DNA of 62,848 bases, filler included, from Globobulimina sp. (GCA_003354225.1; 23 parts of 23 records of this genome joined end to end with filler, not necessarily neighbours in it); one strand, 5' to 3'; shown: positions 47,054-59,365, numbered from the whole stretch's first letter. A program made the numbers and translations. Notes: a model not told the origin generated them from the letters alone.

Positions 47054-49173
47054 TCATTGCAAATTCACGCGATACGCCCGATGATTTGCATTATGTATTT
47101 CTGTGAGAAAAGGTTTTGTGACACACCATTCATACCACACGCACTTATCATCAATTTTGCGCCAGAAATGCACCTCAATCGTGTCACCAAACTTACATTG
47201 AATCGGAGTAATTAACGGGAAATACATTGGAAACCAAGAAAACATTCCTTTACTCGCCTTTTTTGGCACAATCGACAGTGTTATATTTTTATACAACTTG
47301 GTATCAAAATATCCGGCAAATCCATGCATAGTCGAACCACATTCACGCGATATATTCCTATCAATCTTAAATGACAACTTAGTGTACCTCTCGTTCGTAT
47401 CAATCGTATCCGTATCGCCACTGTCCTTATCCAATGCTTTTGGGTGTTGGAAAGACCACACTTTGGCGATATTGTGGCTTAACAACGAATGGTGCATCAA
47501 ATGAATGACATACGGCGTCTCAAAATCGCGCGGCTTGACACTCAATTTGCTATAAACGTGGTTGTTGGTCAAGGGGCACAAATACGACGTATATTGATAG
47601 GGAATGGAGACGCCGTCGTCGCGCAATAACCTCTCCGCACCGTCCAAACACTCCGGCGATAACTCATTGTCTCCAAAGGAGCCCAACAGCTCCGAGATGA
47701 TCACATGTGCCTTTTTCGCGCCATACGCCCAACTCCGCATATCCTGCTTTATAATCTCGACGCAATTGCCCCATTCGTGCACATTCTTGTTGTTCAACAC
47801 AACCACCGCATGCGGGTTCTTCTCAATGGCGTACAATTTGATGTCGATCCCCGTGGAGAATGACGCCGATAACGCTGCAGAGACCAAAGGGCCGCGGCCC
47901 GCTCCCAACACCATCACAATATATGGCTCTGCAGTGCTGTTCTTGTGACCTTTGATGTATTTTTGCAGTTTAAAAGCAATGATTTATGCAATAAAAACGG
48001 AAAATATGTACGTTTGTTTATGTCTGTTAAGCATTCACGAATAGCGACTTCGTATTGAGTGTATTTGACGGGGTCGGATTCGAATGTTTCGTACGTGGAA
48101 TACTCCAAATTGTTGGATAATGGCTGCAATGGCGTTTGTAGGATGTCCCAGAAAGGCTTGGCTTCGTACTCCACCACGGATAATTCCACCGAAGTGCTCC
48201 GCAAATGCCGCATGTACTGGCAATAGTGTCCTACGCTTTTGTTTTGAGGGTCCATGCCCTCGCTGATAATGACGGTGCTGTCCGTCCATCGAAAGAAACG
48301 CAACAAAATCTTTTGATGCGCACGACTCAGCACAGGGAATCCTTTCTTGTTCGTTAAGAACACGTCGTGCGACAAAATAAATATTTGCACGCCTTGCGCG
48401 AACCACTGCTGCACCAAATTTTTAGACGGCGTGTCTGGCTCCATTATCAATGCTGTTTTGTTGTAAAATTATTTAATTTGTATCCTTGCGCTCAGCCAAT
48501 CACTCAGATTAATAAAATTAAAATAAAATAAATAGTTTTGACCTGGTCGTATATTTTTCAAATCGCGCAATAGCACAGAGAGCAATTGCCATAATTTAAA
48601 ACCATTGGTATTGAATACAATGGGGATGATGCCGACAATGTGCACTCTGGTTTTAAAGCACTGAATCAATGCCGAAGCATAATTGATGGCAATTTGCAGA
48701 AGTGTGTCATCATCGAAATGGTCGGTTTGCTTTGGATTTTCTTTTTTTTCTTCCTTTGCTATGCTGTTTTCGTGATAATGGTTGTTGTGGATACCGGAGA
48801 TAACGTCGGTGTTGGTGTGGCAGTTTGGAGTCTCTTGGTTTTGTACCAATGGATTGGGCAAAATTACGCTGTAAACACCTAAATGTAGCGACCAATCCAA
48901 TTGTTGTTGTAGTAATTTTACACAGCGTCTGGTTTTGTAAATGTTGTGTGGGTCGAAGGTGATCCACGGACTGCATTTGCCGTAAACGGATTGGAATATC
49001 ACCGATGTGGAGTTGGCATGGTAAGCGAATGGGATATTGGATAGAGACTGGTTGTGAGCTGATACTAGTTCGGAAGAGTCCAGTTTTTGGTCAATCAATG
49101 GATAGGTTATTAAACCGTAGCCATTATCAAAGGCCTCGTCCATGGCATGTTGCACGGATTTGGTGGTACCATC
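47054..49173 (-). CDS. PRMT5: Protein arginine N-methyltransferase 5 (3 exons; 5' partial)
   Basis: LQTPLQPLSNNLE..TYETFESDPVKY, VLGAGRGPLV, IISELLGSFGDNELSPECLDG, HGFAGYF, GMFSWFP. GT-AG introns at about 47950-48010 and 48459-48542. Confidence 0.95.
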
Positions 49174-49386
49174 NNNNNNNNNNNNNNNNNNNNNNNNNNN
49201 NNNNNNNNNNNNNNNNNTTAATTAATTAANNNNNNNNNNNNNNNNNNNNNNNNNNNNNNNNNNNNNNNNNNNNAAGAGTCGACATAATCTTATATTTGAA
49301 AACTAAAAAATCTTGTATTTGAAAAAATATAAAATTGAGGAAATAAATTAATTCCTACCCAGGAGTCTACGTCGCTTGTCGACAAT

Positions 49387-51908
49387 TTAATTGAATCGAA
49401 TAAGATGTTGTTTGGTAAAAGGTAAAGCTACATTGTTTGGATCTGATTTATTCTGTTTCTTACAATGGCTAATAATGCTCATTAATGCAGGATTCTCGGA
49501 CCAGGATGTCGGAGTCATAGCCATTTTGTTATAATGATCAATCGCAGCTAATTTGTATCGTATCGTGCTGTAACAATTAGGTTTCACCAAAACCATGGCC
49601 CAATGTACTATGCAAATAATTAAATTGATATCCGGCGTTGGAAAAGTTAAGATTTCTGCTTTAGAGAATCCTAATTTGGTTAATGTATTACAATAAACAT
49701 AAAAATTGGATTGATATGTTCCTGACGTTGATGATTTGCATCCTCTTTCAAGTGTTTTCTTAAAACCAATGGCATGTAACGGCAAACGTTCCCATATTTG
49801 ATGATTATAAATATTGTTTTTAAAACGACCTAAAATGTTAATATAAAAATGTGCATATTACTAAATGTTTATTTTATAATGAAGGTATACAAATAATTTA
49901 TATGTGATATTATATGATTATAAAAGAGATAAATCAGGATATTTAAACAATGTCGGTCTTGAATCTATGGAAATGTTTGCATCATAGCAGTATTTGACAA
50001 AATCTTCGCTGCCAAACCTTGATAAAGCATCTGATAAAATGTTGTCATTGGACTTAATATAATGTATTTTGGCTTTGATTTTATGTTCAAAGCAGAACCA
50101 ACATGTCCAGCGTACGCAATCCATTAAGAAAATGTCGTTGGTATTCTTGCTAATGAATACTCCTTCACATGTTTTATTATCACAGCGGATAATTATCGAA
50201 GATCCCTCAATGAAATCTGGTTCAAAAGTATTTAATGCGGCCACTATTGCTAATGCCTCAAAATGTGCTATATGCTGTTCTTGTGAATGAATTTTTATTT
50301 TGTTTTCATCTAAGAATTTGTGATAAAATTCTAAATATTGACTGGGTACTTGATCAAAGGCCCATTTTCCTTCAAAGAAAGCTCCAATGCCTGGCTGCCA
50401 TCTTGGTCTCTCTCCGTTGGTGGCTCCGTCTGTGTATAATAAGAATTCTCTTTTATTAAATGTGCCAATGACATCATATACACTGATTCTATCACATTTA
50501 TACGAATATAGAACCCAAAATTTAGCGTCTTTGATATCATTATCATCGAAATAAATGGGTTGAACTTCTTCTTTAAATTCTTGTTTATGTTTCGTTAATT
50601 TGATACGAAATCGACGTAAGAATGCGGTGCCAGGCCACATCAAAGCAGCCATCCAAGTAAGTGATCCTAGCAATGATTCGAATTTATCACTCATAATCAT
50701 TCTATAACAAATAATGATAATTAATATTAATAAAACCTTCTTCTTTTTAATTGGGCCTGGTCCTACAGTCATATCTGTGGAGTCATAGATGAGACCACAA
50801 ATTTCCATGATCCACGAAATCAGTTTCCTTTTTTGCACTTTTTCTATGTAACCGCATGATTTTAAAAATTGAAAAAATAAATGCATTTGAAAGCAATATC
50901 AGAGTGCAATGTGCATAAATTGAGAGAATAAAATATTGAAAAACACGTTAAATGTACACGAACGTTCTTGTTTTTTCAATGTCACTGGTAATGCATTGAT
51001 GGATAAAGAACAATACCCAAATTCATGATTATTTATTATTACAATAAAACGATTATTCTAATAACAATGGAGCAGGAATCATACCCCAGGTATTACATAA
51101 AAATCAGATTAATACCAAAATCTGTGTGTAGAATCCTGTAATAATGCCATAATTGAATATACACACATTCATAATACAGCATATGTATTCGGAAACACAT
51201 GTGTACGGATCTATAACTTCATTGATATCATCACTTGACAATTACCACAGAGTGTCAATGATGATGATATCATCAATTAAAATTTACCTATTGATTATGT
51301 TTTGACTCCAAAAGTCGCTCTCCTGATAAACGTAAAGTACAGACTCAAAAACTGTAGTGTGACTCAAAAAGACTTAGTGTTGTGTTCATATTAATCAATC
51401 AAATGAAACTAATCTAAGGCGAGATAATAAAATTAAAATAATGATACTCAAATGTTGATATCCAATCATAATCATAAGAGACACAAATGTAAATACATTG
51501 AAATTATAATATGAGATATATGACAGAAATATACACAGTATACAATACATAATGCAGTATTATGTATTGTTCAATCAAAATCAAGAGATTTATCAAATTA
51601 TAGTATAAAATAAAGACATAATAAGATATTAAGGTAAATGTAAATAAATTTGAATATAATTAGATTTAATGTGTAAATATTAATGAATTATCTTCCGCCA
51701 TAACCATGGACATTACCTCGATGTAAGTTCTTGCATTTATCGCTCGTATGTTCATTGATGACATAGCAGTGACGACACATATGATGATAGTCACATTTTG
51801 CGTGATCAGTCGCAAAGTAACAGTTACCTCTCTCATTATGTCTGCAAATGTGTAGACTTAATTCGGGGCCACCATACAAACGACCATTCTCATCCTTGTA
51901 CATAGCTA
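49387..51908 (-). mobile_element. Degenerate DIRS/Ngaro-type tyrosine-recombinase retrotransposon
   Basis: In order on the minus strand: gag-type Cys/His finger (CRHNERGNC...CDYHHMCRHC...H...C, 51688-51903); RT C-terminus plus DIRS-type RNase H (SLLGSLTW, LYTDG, HIAHFEALA, IRCDN, NILSDALSR; 49918-50886); YR N-terminal domain (STSGTY...STIRYKLAAIDHY...LPFT; 49387-49785). Confidence 0.82.
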
Positions 51909-52525
51909 NNNNNNNNNNNNNNNNNNNNNNNNNNNNNNNNNNNNNNNNNNNNTTAATTAATTAANNNNNNNNNNNNNNNNNNNNNNNNNNNNNNNNNNNN
52001 NNNNNNNNCGATCTTTTATTTCATTTTATATTATGATACGATCATTTTAGTTGGGTGATTTCTCGATATTACTGCTTTTGCCTCAATTTATTTCATTAAT
52101 TTAATTGTTTATCTTATTGATTTTAATTTGTGTATATATCGATGATGTGATTGCCTACCTATCATTATTGTGTCTATGGCGTATGATTTATGTGGATTTT
52201 TTATTTATTGATTGTTGAGTATGGTATTTATTGTTTGTATAATATATTTTCCTTTTCATATACCTTCATTTATTTATCGCAGTATTTGATTTTTATTTTT
52301 GTTATTTGTTTGCGTTATTTTTGATTGTGTGTCTTTAAAATTTGTACATATATATCAACTCATCATTTTCAATATGTATCTTTCTTTATATTTTTATATA
52401 CTTATTTTCTTTCTATAGTTTCTATCACAGTGATAAACTTTTTGTGTTTTGGTTTTTCTATTTTGTAGAAAACTTTTTAAACCTTAAATTAATCTCCTGA
52501 CGAAGACAGTATTTGTCTATGGCGT

Positions 52526-54400
52526 TTGAAGACCTTTAATCGATTTAAAGCAGTAACGCGCCACAAAGAATTTATTAAAATGGTATTTTACGACGAAGCC
52601 AATGCGTTCGCACCACGGCAGAACCCAACATCGTTGATTCCTGACTACGATCCGCCGGAAGCACTATTATCAGTCAATAAGTTGAGCCTAAAGTTCGTTA
52701 GTATTCCGCAGCAGTTTGACTTTCATAATATGACGATTGGCATCCTCAATTTTCAGCGATCAATACGATTACATTGGATATTTAACAGACCCGATGAAGA
52801 GAAACCGTTTGTAACTTCTGATGAGTCACAGGATGAGGAATCCAAACCAAAAGGACCTACAATACCAAAGAATAAAACATTTTGGTATAATACCATCCGG
52901 GACATTTATTCGTTTTGGCGCGTCGCGAAAATATCATTCCCGGAGGAAGATTACAGTGCCTTTAATAAAAATGTTGTGTTGCCTCCAGGCAGTTTACGCA
53001 AAGTCATTGACCAAATTAATAAAGTTAAGTTGGAGTCGTTTCTGTTTAATTTTGGTCATGAATACATCAATGAGGCGCAGCGGATTCAGCGGAATACTGT
53101 ATTCCCGAAAAATCTTACCGACGAACAAGAAAATGCGATCAAAGACCTTCGGGAACATCCCGTCATAATACAGAGACCGTCAGAAAAAACACGTAATTAC
53201 GTGTTCACGACAGCCGACTCATATTACCATCAAGCACGAAAAACCATATTGAAACAAAATATGGTACCTTTGTCAGGCTTTAGTTTGGCGAAATTGGCAG
53301 CAAAATTCAACCGTTTATTGTTATTTTGGTTCGAAAATGGCGAGCTGTCGTTCGAATGGATCGAAGCAATTAAAGCAAAATATCCTTATTATTATCATTA
53401 TAAAGCCGCAAATATTTATTGCCAATACAAAGACCATAAACCGGACCCTCGCTCGCAACGCGCGATCAGCTCGTCGTGCGGGACATTTTTCAAACCGACA
53501 ATGCAAATGATTTTATTCCATATACTCCCGCAATGGTATCAGCTAAATTATCAAATCAAGGATACAAAGGCATTGATGTTTGTGATCGAGGACCTTAACA
53601 AAGTCCCTCGGTTTCACGAGGCAGCCCAGAATGATAAATTACTCATTTTCTCAATGGATGTAATCGGAATGTATCCATCCATTCTGCATAACTTAAGTCT
53701 ATCGATGATGGCGTTTATTTATGATCACTTTGGCGAGCTAGAATATAAACATCCGTCACCGCAATGCGTTCGCGAACTATTATTCTTCATTCTGCGTAAT
53801 AACGTTGCTGATTTTAATGGAGAAGCATTTATTCAGAACATTGGAATTGGACAAGGCGTTGACTTCGCAGCGCAAGTTTGTGATTTTGTGATGATGATTT
53901 TTGATTTGTTATTACATAATGATGCGTGGGTCCACCAAATTTGCGAATTAGATTTGTTATATTCAGGCCGATACCGCGATGATTATTTATTAGTTGGCAT
54001 CGGCGACCTGGACGACGCTTATTTGCTTCGTGAAGGAATGAATCATTTATTGGACTTTAACACCGCCCACGAAACACCAATCAATCTCATATTTCAGAGT
54101 TATAATTTTAACCTAGGACGTCACCGTGACGACGTCAAGAACATTCAGTTTACCACCGACATTAATACTTATTGCCCTCTTTCTGTGCAGATTTTGGAGG
54201 TGAAATTGATTTATAATATGGATTTATGTCAACTCGTCAGTAAGGTGTCACCGAAGAAGACGGACCCGCACGCGTACCTCGACACAAATTCTTGTCATCC
54301 AGGCTCCACCTTTACAGGAACTATAACTGGCGTCGCCCTTCGTGTTCGTGCAATTACTGACGATTGTTATCTCGAAGACGAAATGTTTAAATATAAATGT
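52526..54400 (+). mobile_element. Second Penelope-like RT, paralogous to 38331-40966; truncated at both ends
   Basis: KLSLKFV, SMDVIGMYPSI, GIGQGVDFAAQ, SGRYRDDYL, KKTDPHAYLDTNSCHP. Collinear with the first copy up to YKC. Confidence 0.9.
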
Positions 54401-54418
54401 ATAGTTGGAGGAAGGTAA

Positions 54419-54643
54419 ATGGGAATACCAATAACAGAACAGGAAATCAGAAAGCTTATGGATGATGAAAAATGGGGAACCTTGATCGCTATAGATGACG
54501 GGCAGCCATATGCGGTTGAAACATCTTTTGCTGTTGATGATAAATATCTGTATACAGGAACAAAGCGCGGCGGCCGCATGAATTCCTGTCTGAAGAATAA
54601 CCCCGCAGCATCCTTTAAAATATGTAATGGTGATCACCGCGGA
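54419..54643 (+). CDS. Prokaryotic pyridoxamine 5'-phosphate oxidase-family (NimA-like) flavin-binding protein, N-terminus
   Basis: Shine-Dalgarno GGAGG at 54407-54411, 7 nt before the ATG. EIRKLM...WGTL...QPYAV...LY...GGRM..CLKNNP..SF. Confidence 0.8.
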
Positions 54644-54787
54644 NNNNNNNNNNNNNNNNNNNNNNNNNNNNNNNNNNNNNNNNNNNNTTAATTAATTAAN
54701 NNNNNNNNNNNNNNNNNNNNNNNNNNNNNNNNNNNNNNNNNNNACAACAACATTGAATTTCATAATAGCACTTCGGAGCCAAATCAA

Positions 54788-55810
54788 ATGATGGATCATA
54801 ATAATAATCATGAGGTTACATTTCAATCACAACAGGAAATGATTGCATTTTATGAGCAGAAACAGTCAAATATACCATCTCTGAATACTAATCATAACAG
54901 TAATCACAATAATAATGTTCACAGCAGCAACCAATCAAATATTACACCAAAAACTAAACCAAACTCCAACAAAAACAAAGCCAATAAAACGGAAATTTTA
55001 TCACAATATGAAGAAGAAAAAGCTAATAATAACAATTTAGTTAGAATTGGTTCATATAATATTGGCAATGATCAACATTCAATATATGCGTCAACGGAAT
55101 GGATACAAAAAAATAATAAATTTGAATTAATACACAGACAGTGTCAAGCACAAAACTTAGATATTATATCATTTCAAGAAGTTACATCATTATCTTGTCC
55201 GTTATTTGATTATTTTAATTCCGATAATTGGTTGCATACAAAAGCAAAGCGTTCCCATTGTGGTTTGGTAGTTAATTTCGTTAATAAACGTTTGCAAAAA
55301 GATAAACGATTTAACATTGATATTTCGAGCATGTATGATAGTGATAAACAGCAACATCCTGCAATTATGTTATCAAAAAATAGCAAAAATAAATTATTGT
55401 TTTTCGGGGTACATTTAGCTCCTTTTAATCTCGCTGAAGATGTACAAGAACGGAGAAATTCTTTTGATGCAATCTGTAATATGGCAGATGCGAAAGGAAT
55501 GAAAGATCGTATTATAATATGTGGAGATACAAATATGAGGCAAGCCGAAGAAAACAAAATCATTAAGAATTATAAAGGTGATATAAAATCGTGTTGGCAA
55601 ATTGTTTCACAACAAAGAAAAAGTAAAATGCATACTTGGTGTCGCGATTATTTTGAAATGGGAAGTTTTGTAAAATCAAGATATGATAAAATGTTTTATG
55701 GAAAGAATGTAAAATGTTTATCTCTTGATATATTTGACGAAGCAGTGTCTGATAATCCAAAGCATTTTTTATCGGATCATCGTGCCATATGTTCTGTCTT
55801 TCAAATATAA
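54788..55810 (+). CDS. TDP2-like exonuclease/endonuclease/phosphatase-family protein
   Basis: SYNI, DIISFQEV, HLAP, CGDTNMR, RYDKMFY, FLSDHRAI. Confidence 0.82.
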   Translation: MMDHNNNHEVTFQSQQEMIAFYEQKQSNIPSLNTNHNSNHNNNVHSSNQSNITPKTKPNSNKNKANKTEILSQYEEEKANNNNLVRIGSYNIGNDQHSIYASTEWIQKNNKFELIHRQCQAQNLDIISFQEVTSLSCPLFDYFNSDNWLHTKAKRSHCGLVVNFVNKRLQKDKRFNIDISSMYDSDKQQHPAIMLSKNSKNKLLFFGVHLAPFNLAEDVQERRNSFDAICNMADAKGMKDRIIICGDTNMRQAEENKIIKNYKGDIKSCWQIVSQQRKSKMHTWCRDYFEMGSFVKSRYDKMFYGKNVKCLSLDIFDEAVSDNPKHFLSDHRAICSVFQI

Positions 55811-55974
55811 TTATTTACATGATATTGTTTTTGTTGCTCAATTGTTAATGCAAACTGTTGCAACCATTTAATAATATACATTTTAATCCTTTACGAACCA
55901 AAAAGATTTTTCCCATTCAAAAATGTTTTTTTAAGTGTTCTAGTCAGCACCAGTTATAAAAACGGTAATAGAGC

Positions 55975-57336
55975 ATGTACTCAGAGCAACATAGAGCAAA
56001 GCAGCGACAAAATCTGATGAGGATATTAAATAACAACGAATTAACTGATGTTAAAGTGATAGTCGGTGAAGAAAAACGCGAATTTGACACAAATCGTTTC
56101 TTTTTAGCATCAATTTCTCCCGTATTCCAAGCAATGTTATATGGCAATATGATCGAAAGCAAACCTAATGCAGAAATTGAAATTGTTGACATTGATGCGG
56201 CTGCTTTTGGTGCAGTATTAAAATACGCATATTATAATGATCCAGCATTGTCTGTGAATAATATCATACCAATCAGACAAATTTGTGATAGATATCAAAT
56301 CGCATTGATGTCAGAACTATGCGATGAATATTTCACTGCCTGCATTTCCGAGCAAAATATTTTTTCATTACTAAATCAAGCAGTAAATACAAAGTTGGAT
56401 TTCTATGTGCATGCACTTCAAAAACTTTTATCAAATTCAGAATGGGGGTCAAAAGCAACAAATATTGTCAAATCAGAAGGTTTTATGTCAATGAATGAGA
56501 GTGCCATGAAAATATTTCTCCAATCTGATGCATTAAAAATTAAAGAAGAAGATTTATGGGAAGCTGTCTTGAAATGGGTCGATAATCAAACCTCAATTTT
56601 TGTGTTCCAACCACCGCCAAATAAAAAACAAAAATTAAATGATGGGACAAAAATAAAAATAGAAAATATGAATAATTATCAAGATATTGATTTGGCGTCC
56701 AACTCAAACAAGAGATTAAGAGAAAATAATGCATCTTATGATTATAAGTTGAATTTATTGAAATCAGTATCTCCATTTATTCGATTTGGTTTAATGAATG
56801 GTACATATTTTGTAAAAAACGTGAAAACATTAAATTTTTTAACAATGGAGGAAATTGCAAATATTTTGTGTTATATTCAATGTAATGATGAAAATTGTGG
56901 TAAGTTTTCAATCAAAACAAGAGCTTTTATCAAAACATCGCCAACTGCAATATTATTACCATATACATTAACAATGTCAAGTTATAATCAATTTGTAAGG
57001 GGTAGTTATGATGCATTAATTACAAATGATTTGCATGATGGCTGTATGACTAAGAATGACGTAGCGCGCCTTCCATTCATTCAAGCTACATTTAAAAGTG
57101 TGATGTATATTGAAAGAGTGGAGATTGGTGTTCGAGATTCGAAATATACGAAAGGCAGCGTGTTGAAATATACGAAAGACAAAGACTGGAAAGATATTCA
57201 TGCAATACATCTTTCACCCAATGTTATACAAACATTCATTATAAAAGTTAAAACAAAGCAAATCAGGCTACAGAAAAAAGTAATTGGTTTCATGGCACTT
57301 GGTTGTTGGAGATTTTATGGATTTACGCAAGAATAA
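55975..57336 (+). CDS. BTB/POZ-BACK domain protein
   Basis: LTDVKVIVG...FLASISPVFQAMLYG, AFGAVLKYAY, EEDLWEAVLKW, IRFGLM; beta-rich C-terminus. Confidence 0.9.
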   Translation: MYSEQHRAKQRQNLMRILNNNELTDVKVIVGEEKREFDTNRFFLASISPVFQAMLYGNMIESKPNAEIEIVDIDAAAFGAVLKYAYYNDPALSVNNIIPIRQICDRYQIALMSELCDEYFTACISEQNIFSLLNQAVNTKLDFYVHALQKLLSNSEWGSKATNIVKSEGFMSMNESAMKIFLQSDALKIKEEDLWEAVLKWVDNQTSIFVFQPPPNKKQKLNDGTKIKIENMNNYQDIDLASNSNKRLRENNASYDYKLNLLKSVSPFIRFGLMNGTYFVKNVKTLNFLTMEEIANILCYIQCNDENCGKFSIKTRAFIKTSPTAILLPYTLTMSSYNQFVRGSYDALITNDLHDGCMTKNDVARLPFIQATFKSVMYIERVEIGVRDSKYTKGSVLKYTKDKDWKDIHAIHLSPNVIQTFIIKVKTKQIRLQKKVIGFMALGCWRFYGFTQE

Positions 57337-57865
57337 AGAATATTTTTAATCGACAGAATTAAAAAAAATAGTACTGTANNNNNNNNNNNNNNNNNNNNNN
57401 NNNNNNNNNNNNNNNNNNNNNNTTAATTAATTAANNNNNNNNNNNNNNNNNNNNNNNNNNNNNNNNNNNNNNNNNNNNCAATTTGTGAATGATCAAAAAA
57501 TACAGTATATTAAATCGAGGAAATCATATTCTTACTCTTATAAACAATCGGATGAGTCGGATTTAATAAGCCGTGGAACCACAATTCAACGAAATACATA
57601 TCGTAGACGTGCTTGTAATTGTGACTAAAGGATCTATGTAAATATAAAATATTATTACCATTTTTGTTTTACTAATTTTCGCAAGGTAAAACCCGCAATT
57701 TCGCAACTCGTAATCAGTCACCTAAATATATTGTGATGCATGTAAAGAAAACTTTTACTAACTAACACTTTCTACACATTTCATTTCTACAAAAAACAAT
57801 TCTATACGCCACACCGTTTCTATACGTTTAAACGATACGCCACACCGTTCCCAATCCAACACTTA

Positions 57866-59365
57866 ATGTCTGACATGAACAAATATTATGTGTGGGTTGG
57901 TGCATTATTAGTAATTGCTTTAACACTATACATAAAGCGATTTCTTACATCATTGACACCAAACAAAACATCAATTACAGCAAACCCACCGACAAATAAT
58001 CCACATAAAGATATTGCAGCAAATGAGATCCCAACACAGAAAACGTCGGATGACGCTGGAATGATTATTCGTGCATTCAAAGGCTACCATCCGCCCTCTG
58101 AGTTAATGAACGCAGTCGCCGCGCCGCCATATGATGTGTTGCATACTGAAGAAGCGAGAGCAGCGTGCAAAGACAATGAGAAATCTTTTTTAAACGTAAA
58201 TAAGCCCCAAATACAGTTCGCAGCCGGCACCGATCAATACAGCGACAAAGTATATGCGATGGGAAAGACGCAAATTGAGAGATTCTGTGAGAAGAAGTGG
58301 TTAATACAAGATAAGAAACCTTGTTTATACATTTACAGTCAAAGAATGGGAGATCACGAACAGTTTGGAATTGTGGCTGAAGCCTCGGCCATTCAGTACG
58401 AAAAGGACTTAATTAAAAAACACGAACTTACTCGCAAACGAAAAGAAGACGATCGAACTAAATTAACTGATATCCAGTCGGCCAATGTTGGGCCGATTTT
58501 TTTATGCTATAAAGCGGTGAAAGAAATCAATGTGTTCGTAAATAAATATGTGGCGGAAAATAAGTCATATTCAGATTTTGTGAGTGATGACAAGATACAG
58601 CACAGATTGTGGATTATTGAGGAGAGTGCATTAATTAATCAGTTATCGCAATTATTTATGGACAAAGTGCCTTGTTCCTATGTTGCCGATGGACATCACC
58701 GCACTGCCTCAGCCTGGCGAGTATATAAAAAAAGAAGACAGGAATTAGAACGTTTGGGCACATATACTGGGAAGGAGTCGTTTCATTATTTTTTAGCCGT
58801 GTTTTTCCCGCATAATCATTTAAAAATATTGGATTATAATCGGATTGTAAATGATTTTGGCTCTATTTACGAGGATAAAGAGACATTTTTGAAGGCATTG
58901 GCCAAGGATTGGGTTTATAATAAAATAGAAATAAATAATAACGAAATGAAAACAGAGAATGAATATAACTCCGTTTTAAAAACAGAGAAAACAAATGATT
59001 TCCGAATGTATATTTTTAATGATGGATGGTATAAATTAATGGCTAAAAAACATGTGATTGACGTGGTGCGAAACGATGTTGTTAAATGTCTGGATGTTTC
59101 TGTGTTATCCAATTATTTGTTGCAGCCCGTGATGGGAATAACAGACATTCGCTCCGATCCAAGCATTGATTTTATTGGCGGTATCCATGGCTTGCATGCA
59201 TTGAAAAGGAAAGTGGATGCAAATAAAAATGGAGTTGCCTTTGGTTTGTATCATACCACAATTGATCAATTGCTTAATGTGGCTGATAATCATCGCTTAA
59301 TGCCGCCAAAATCCACTTGGTTTGAACCGAAATTAAGATCAGGTGTTGTTGTCAGAAGATTTTAA
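57866..59365 (+). CDS. DUF1015-family protein with an N-terminal membrane anchor
   Basis: IRAFKGY, APPYDV, IKKHELTR, YVADGHHRTASA, ILDYNR, LMPPKSTWFEPKLRSG. About 65 extra N-terminal residues include a hydrophobic helix (YYVWVGALLVIALTLYI). Confidence 0.9.
   Translation: MSDMNKYYVWVGALLVIALTLYIKRFLTSLTPNKTSITANPPTNNPHKDIAANEIPTQKTSDDAGMIIRAFKGYHPPSELMNAVAAPPYDVLHTEEARAACKDNEKSFLNVNKPQIQFAAGTDQYSDKVYAMGKTQIERFCEKKWLIQDKKPCLYIYSQRMGDHEQFGIVAEASAIQYEKDLIKKHELTRKRKEDDRTKLTDIQSANVGPIFLCYKAVKEINVFVNKYVAENKSYSDFVSDDKIQHRLWIIEESALINQLSQLFMDKVPCSYVADGHHRTASAWRVYKKRRQELERLGTYTGKESFHYFLAVFFPHNHLKILDYNRIVNDFGSIYEDKETFLKALAKDWVYNKIEINNNEMKTENEYNSVLKTEKTNDFRMYIFNDGWYKLMAKKHVIDVVRNDVVKCLDVSVLSNYLLQPVMGITDIRSDPSIDFIGGIHGLHALKRKVDANKNGVAFGLYHTTIDQLLNVADNHRLMPPKSTWFEPKLRSGVVVRRF

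Noticed and set aside
38331..54643. RTs read as a bacterial retron, DGR or defence RT system with neighbouring genes
   Set aside because: Motifs are Penelope-type and DIRS-type, and the neighbours lie on different contigs or across a probable chimeric junction.
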